Below, piece after piece: positions 14,665 to 17,207 of a DNA stretch of 17,207 bases. The stretch lies in the NCBI GenBank assembly GCA_034722435.1, contig JAYENX010000012.1, forward strand, positions 1 to 17,207. Direction: 5' to 3'. Under the pieces are notes generated by a model. It was given only the letters and a program-made list of their open reading frames with translations. It made no database searches and was not told the origin of the DNA. Numbering within the stretch: the first letter of the stretch is position 1; every line of letters begins with the position of its first letter. The DNA comes from Nanobdellota archaeon (GTDB lineage Archaea; Nanobdellota; Nanobdellia; Woesearchaeales; JAHWHD01). Both the position numbers and the translations under genes were made by a program.

Positions 14665-16034
14665 TGATACAAAAAATAATTCAAATTGCTAGACAAGCAG
14701 GACAAATAATTGAAGAAGCTAAAAATGAGAAACAAATAACTAAAAGTAAAGAAGATGGTACTGTTGTTACAACAACTGATTTAAAAGTTGATAAGTTTAT
14801 AATTGAACAATTAAATAAATTTTTTCCTGATATTGAAGTTTTGACAGAAGAAACTGTTTCTGTGATTACAAAAGATACATTCTTTATTATTGATCCCTTG
14901 GATGGTACTCAGGAATTTTTAAACTCTATAAAAGACCCTTCATTAATTGAATATGCTGTTATGATTGGTTTGGTGAAACAACATATTCCTGTTTTAGGGG
15001 TGGTTTATCTTCCTGCAACAAAAACATTATACTATGCAGAGCAAGGTAAGGGTGCTTTTAAGGAGTGTGGTGATAAAACTGAACAAATTTATACAAAAAA
15101 TTCAAATAAAATTCTTATTGGTAAATATAATGTTGATGAAGACCTCGAATTATATTTGAAAAATAAATATAATTTAACTTCTGAACAAACATTTAAAGGG
15201 GGTTCATTTGGAGTGAAAGTGTGTCAATTAGCAGAAGGACTTTTTCAAGAATTTATACATACAAATTATGATAAAAATAAAATTCATGCTTCTATATGGG
15301 ATTCGTGCGCTTCAGATATTATTTTAAAAGAAGCGGGAGGCTTTTCTCATACAATTAAAACCTTAGAGTCTGTTAATTATAAACAAATAGAATTAACAAA
15401 TGGTTATATTGCTTCTTCAAATAAATTTAATACTTTGTTTATTTTTGATATTGATGGTGTTCTTGGAAATTTTGAAAAATTAAGAAAACTGAGAGATGTT
15501 GCACATTGTAAGGCTATTGCAAACAAACATAACATTACAGAAAAACAAGCAATTAAACTATTAAATGAAACTAGAATTAAATTAAAACAAGAAGGTAAAC
15601 ATTCGACAATAGATGCTATGCGAGCGTTAGGAGTTTCTGAAAAAGAATTTTATGATATTATGAATTCTGTACCTGTTGAAGGTAATATTGTTTTAACTTC
15701 TCACGTTGTTGAATTATTGCAAAAATTAAAATCTGGTAATGCAATAGTTGCTTTAACGAACACCCCTACTAAAGCGATTCTTGCGACTCTTGAATATCTT
15801 GGTCTTTTACATTTTTTTGATGCTGTTTATTGTATTGATAAATATAATTTTGTAAAACCTTCTATTGAAATTTATAAAACCATTATGGGAGATTTTAAAG
15901 CTAAAGAAGTTATTTCAATAGGTGATTCAGAAGAAAAAGATCTTAAACCTGCAAAACAATTAAATTTAAAAACATTTTATTTTAGTACTAAAGATGATTC
16001 TTCAGATATTAGAGCTCTCTTAGACTTTTTCTAA
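14664..16034 (+). CDS. Fusion of an inositol-monophosphatase-family domain (CysQ/PAP-phosphatase-like) and a C-terminal HAD hydrolase
   Basis: N-terminal half: KEDGTVVTTTD, LTEE, IIDPLDGTQEF, GVVYLP, WDSCASDIILKEAGG. C-terminal half: FIFDIDGVL, LTNT, KPS, IGDSEEKD. TGATG overlap with the HAD stop and SD-like GGAGA upstream; the track start 14661 is a TTG. Confidence 0.92.
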   Translation: MIQKIIQIARQAGQIIEEAKNEKQITKSKEDGTVVTTTDLKVDKFIIEQLNKFFPDIEVLTEETVSVITKDTFFIIDPLDGTQEFLNSIKDPSLIEYAVMIGLVKQHIPVLGVVYLPATKTLYYAEQGKGAFKECGDKTEQIYTKNSNKILIGKYNVDEDLELYLKNKYNLTSEQTFKGGSFGVKVCQLAEGLFQEFIHTNYDKNKIHASIWDSCASDIILKEAGGFSHTIKTLESVNYKQIELTNGYIASSNKFNTLFIFDIDGVLGNFEKLRKLRDVAHCKAIANKHNITEKQAIKLLNETRIKLKQEGKHSTIDAMRALGVSEKEFYDIMNSVPVEGNIVLTSHVVELLQKLKSGNAIVALTNTPTKAILATLEYLGLLHFFDAVYCIDKYNFVKPSIEIYKTIMGDFKAKEVISIGDSEEKDLKPAKQLNLKTFYFSTKDDSSDIRALLDFF

Positions 16035-16944
16035 GATAAACGTGCTCTGAGAAATCATTTATTGTATTTAATAGAAGATCTGCTTCCATAATAACGCGTA
16101 ATTCTTTAATGGTAAAATTAGTTTTTTTAACTTTATCAACAATTGAGTATCTTTTTTGAATAAAATCACTGCCTACTTCTTTTTGTTTAATTAATAGCAT
16201 CTGTTCACAAAAGTAATTAAATATTTCTTTTAATAATTTTTTAGCTTTAGGTGTGCATCCGTATGTGAAGATTGCTTCATCAATATGTCTCAATTTATCT
16301 ACAACTTTATCGATGACTTGATATAATGCATAACTTAATTTTTTTTCTTCTTTTTCTTTATCTGAAGCATATAAAGTTCTTAAATAATAATTAATAAATT
16401 TGCTGATGTTGTCGTGGATGTTGTACATTGTATCGTGAAATTCTTTGTAATCTTTACCTATGGAATTGATCATTTCGTTCATTGCTTGTTTCATTAAGAA
16501 ATATATTCTTTGTTCAATCTTTTGAAGATTTAATATTTCGGATGTTACAAAACACTCAATTTCAGTTTTCTTAGTTGATTGAGATACAATTTCTGCTCCT
16601 ATATATCTTTCAATTAATTTTATGATTGATTTATTTAATGACATTTCTTTCTGTTTTTTTGGATGAAGTATTAAATTGTTAGAATAAGTTAATATAATTC
16701 TGTCGAAATCCATTCTATATAATATTGTTAGATGTCTATTAAGTGCAAAATAATTGTAATTATCTATGTTAAAACTAATTTCTTTACATTTTTTTTTAAT
16801 TTCAGATTTGGATAAAGTTATGTTGTTTCCTTCGGTATTTATATTTAGTTCGTTGCCTTTTTCTATTTTATTTTCTTCAACCCATTTACTGGGCAAACTT
16901 ACTGTGAGTGTATTTTGACCTACTCTGTTTACTTTTCTTTTCAT
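16009..16944 (-). CDS. AbrB/MazE-domain plus PhoU-like transcriptional regulator (archaeal phosphate-uptake regulator family)
   Basis: N-terminal RKVNRVGQNTLTVSLPSKWVEENKIEKGNEL is an AbrB swapped-hairpin signature. The helical C-terminal part (HDNISKFINYYLR...DKVVDKLRH) is PhoU-like. A TATA-like TATTTATA lies about 23 nt upstream. Confidence 0.82.
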   Translation of the reverse strand: MKRKVNRVGQNTLTVSLPSKWVEENKIEKGNELNINTEGNNITLSKSEIKKKCKEISFNIDNYNYFALNRHLTILYRMDFDRIILTYSNNLILHPKKQKEMSLNKSIIKLIERYIGAEIVSQSTKKTEIECFVTSEILNLQKIEQRIYFLMKQAMNEMINSIGKDYKEFHDTMYNIHDNISKFINYYLRTLYASDKEKEEKKLSYALYQVIDKVVDKLRHIDEAIFTYGCTPKAKKLLKEIFNYFCEQMLLIKQKEVGSDFIQKRYSIVDKVKKTNFTIKELRVIMEADLLLNTINDFSEHVYLRKSLREL

Positions 16945-17175
16945 GTTATTTAGTAAGTAAGGGTTGTATAAATACTTTTCGAAAAGTAATTATGTAATTA
17001 CTAGTAATAATTATAATTGGGAAAAGTATATATTTATTGTTCGACATATAGAAATATATCCGGGAAAGGGGGATGATTTACATGATGAACCGAACGAAAT
17101 TCGAAAAAACGTGTTTTTTCAAGATAAAGTACAAGTTTCAGTTTAGGGGCGAAAATCCGTATAGGAGGATGCAAT

Positions 17176-17207
17176 ATGAAGAAGTGCCCGTTATGTAATC
17201 GGATATG
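17176..17207 (+). CDS. 5' end of a probable zinc-ribbon protein, truncated by the window edge
   Basis: Strong SD AGGAGG (17163-17168), then ATG encoding MKKCPLCNRI with a CxxC motif. Confidence 0.55.
   Translation, partial: MKKCPLCNRI

Noticed and set aside
16964-17146. 60-aa plus-strand ORF
   Set aside because: It has a TTG start overlapping the TATA box of the divergent PhoU-like gene and no motif. It is more likely intergenic promoter DNA.
1-17207. CRISPR array, IS element or rRNA
   Set aside because: All the periodic repeats are in-frame coding repeats without unique spacers. No transposase motif, terminal inverted repeats or rRNA-like sequence was seen.

Overview
An AT-rich, compact archaeal window. 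The tRNA intron, ABCE1, PGF-pre-PGF surface protein, AbrB-PhoU regulator and TATA boxes about 22-28 nt before ATG fit a DPANN (Woesearchaeota/Pacearchaeota-like) chromosome; this taxonomy is inference. The left half holds a 5'-truncated Cys/Asp-repeat cell-surface protein, a radical SAM enzyme, an intron-containing tRNA-Thr(CGT), a 52-aa Zn-finger ORF missing from the ORF track, three orphan ORFs, a structured intergenic element, ABCE1/RLI and a fourth orphan. The right half holds the main point of interest. It is a translationally coupled operon made of a 47-aa ribbon-helix-helix gene (also missing from the track) and four divergent paralogous protein-kinase genes (K1-K4). The kinases alternate between two subtypes, carry different or repeat-containing N-termini, have Arg-substituted catalytic loops and lack the APE motif. 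Directly downstream are a HAD phosphatase, an IMPase/CysQ-HAD fusion and a convergent AbrB-PhoU regulator. I see no CRISPR array, transposase or integrase. All calls come from motif reading by eye; no database search was run.
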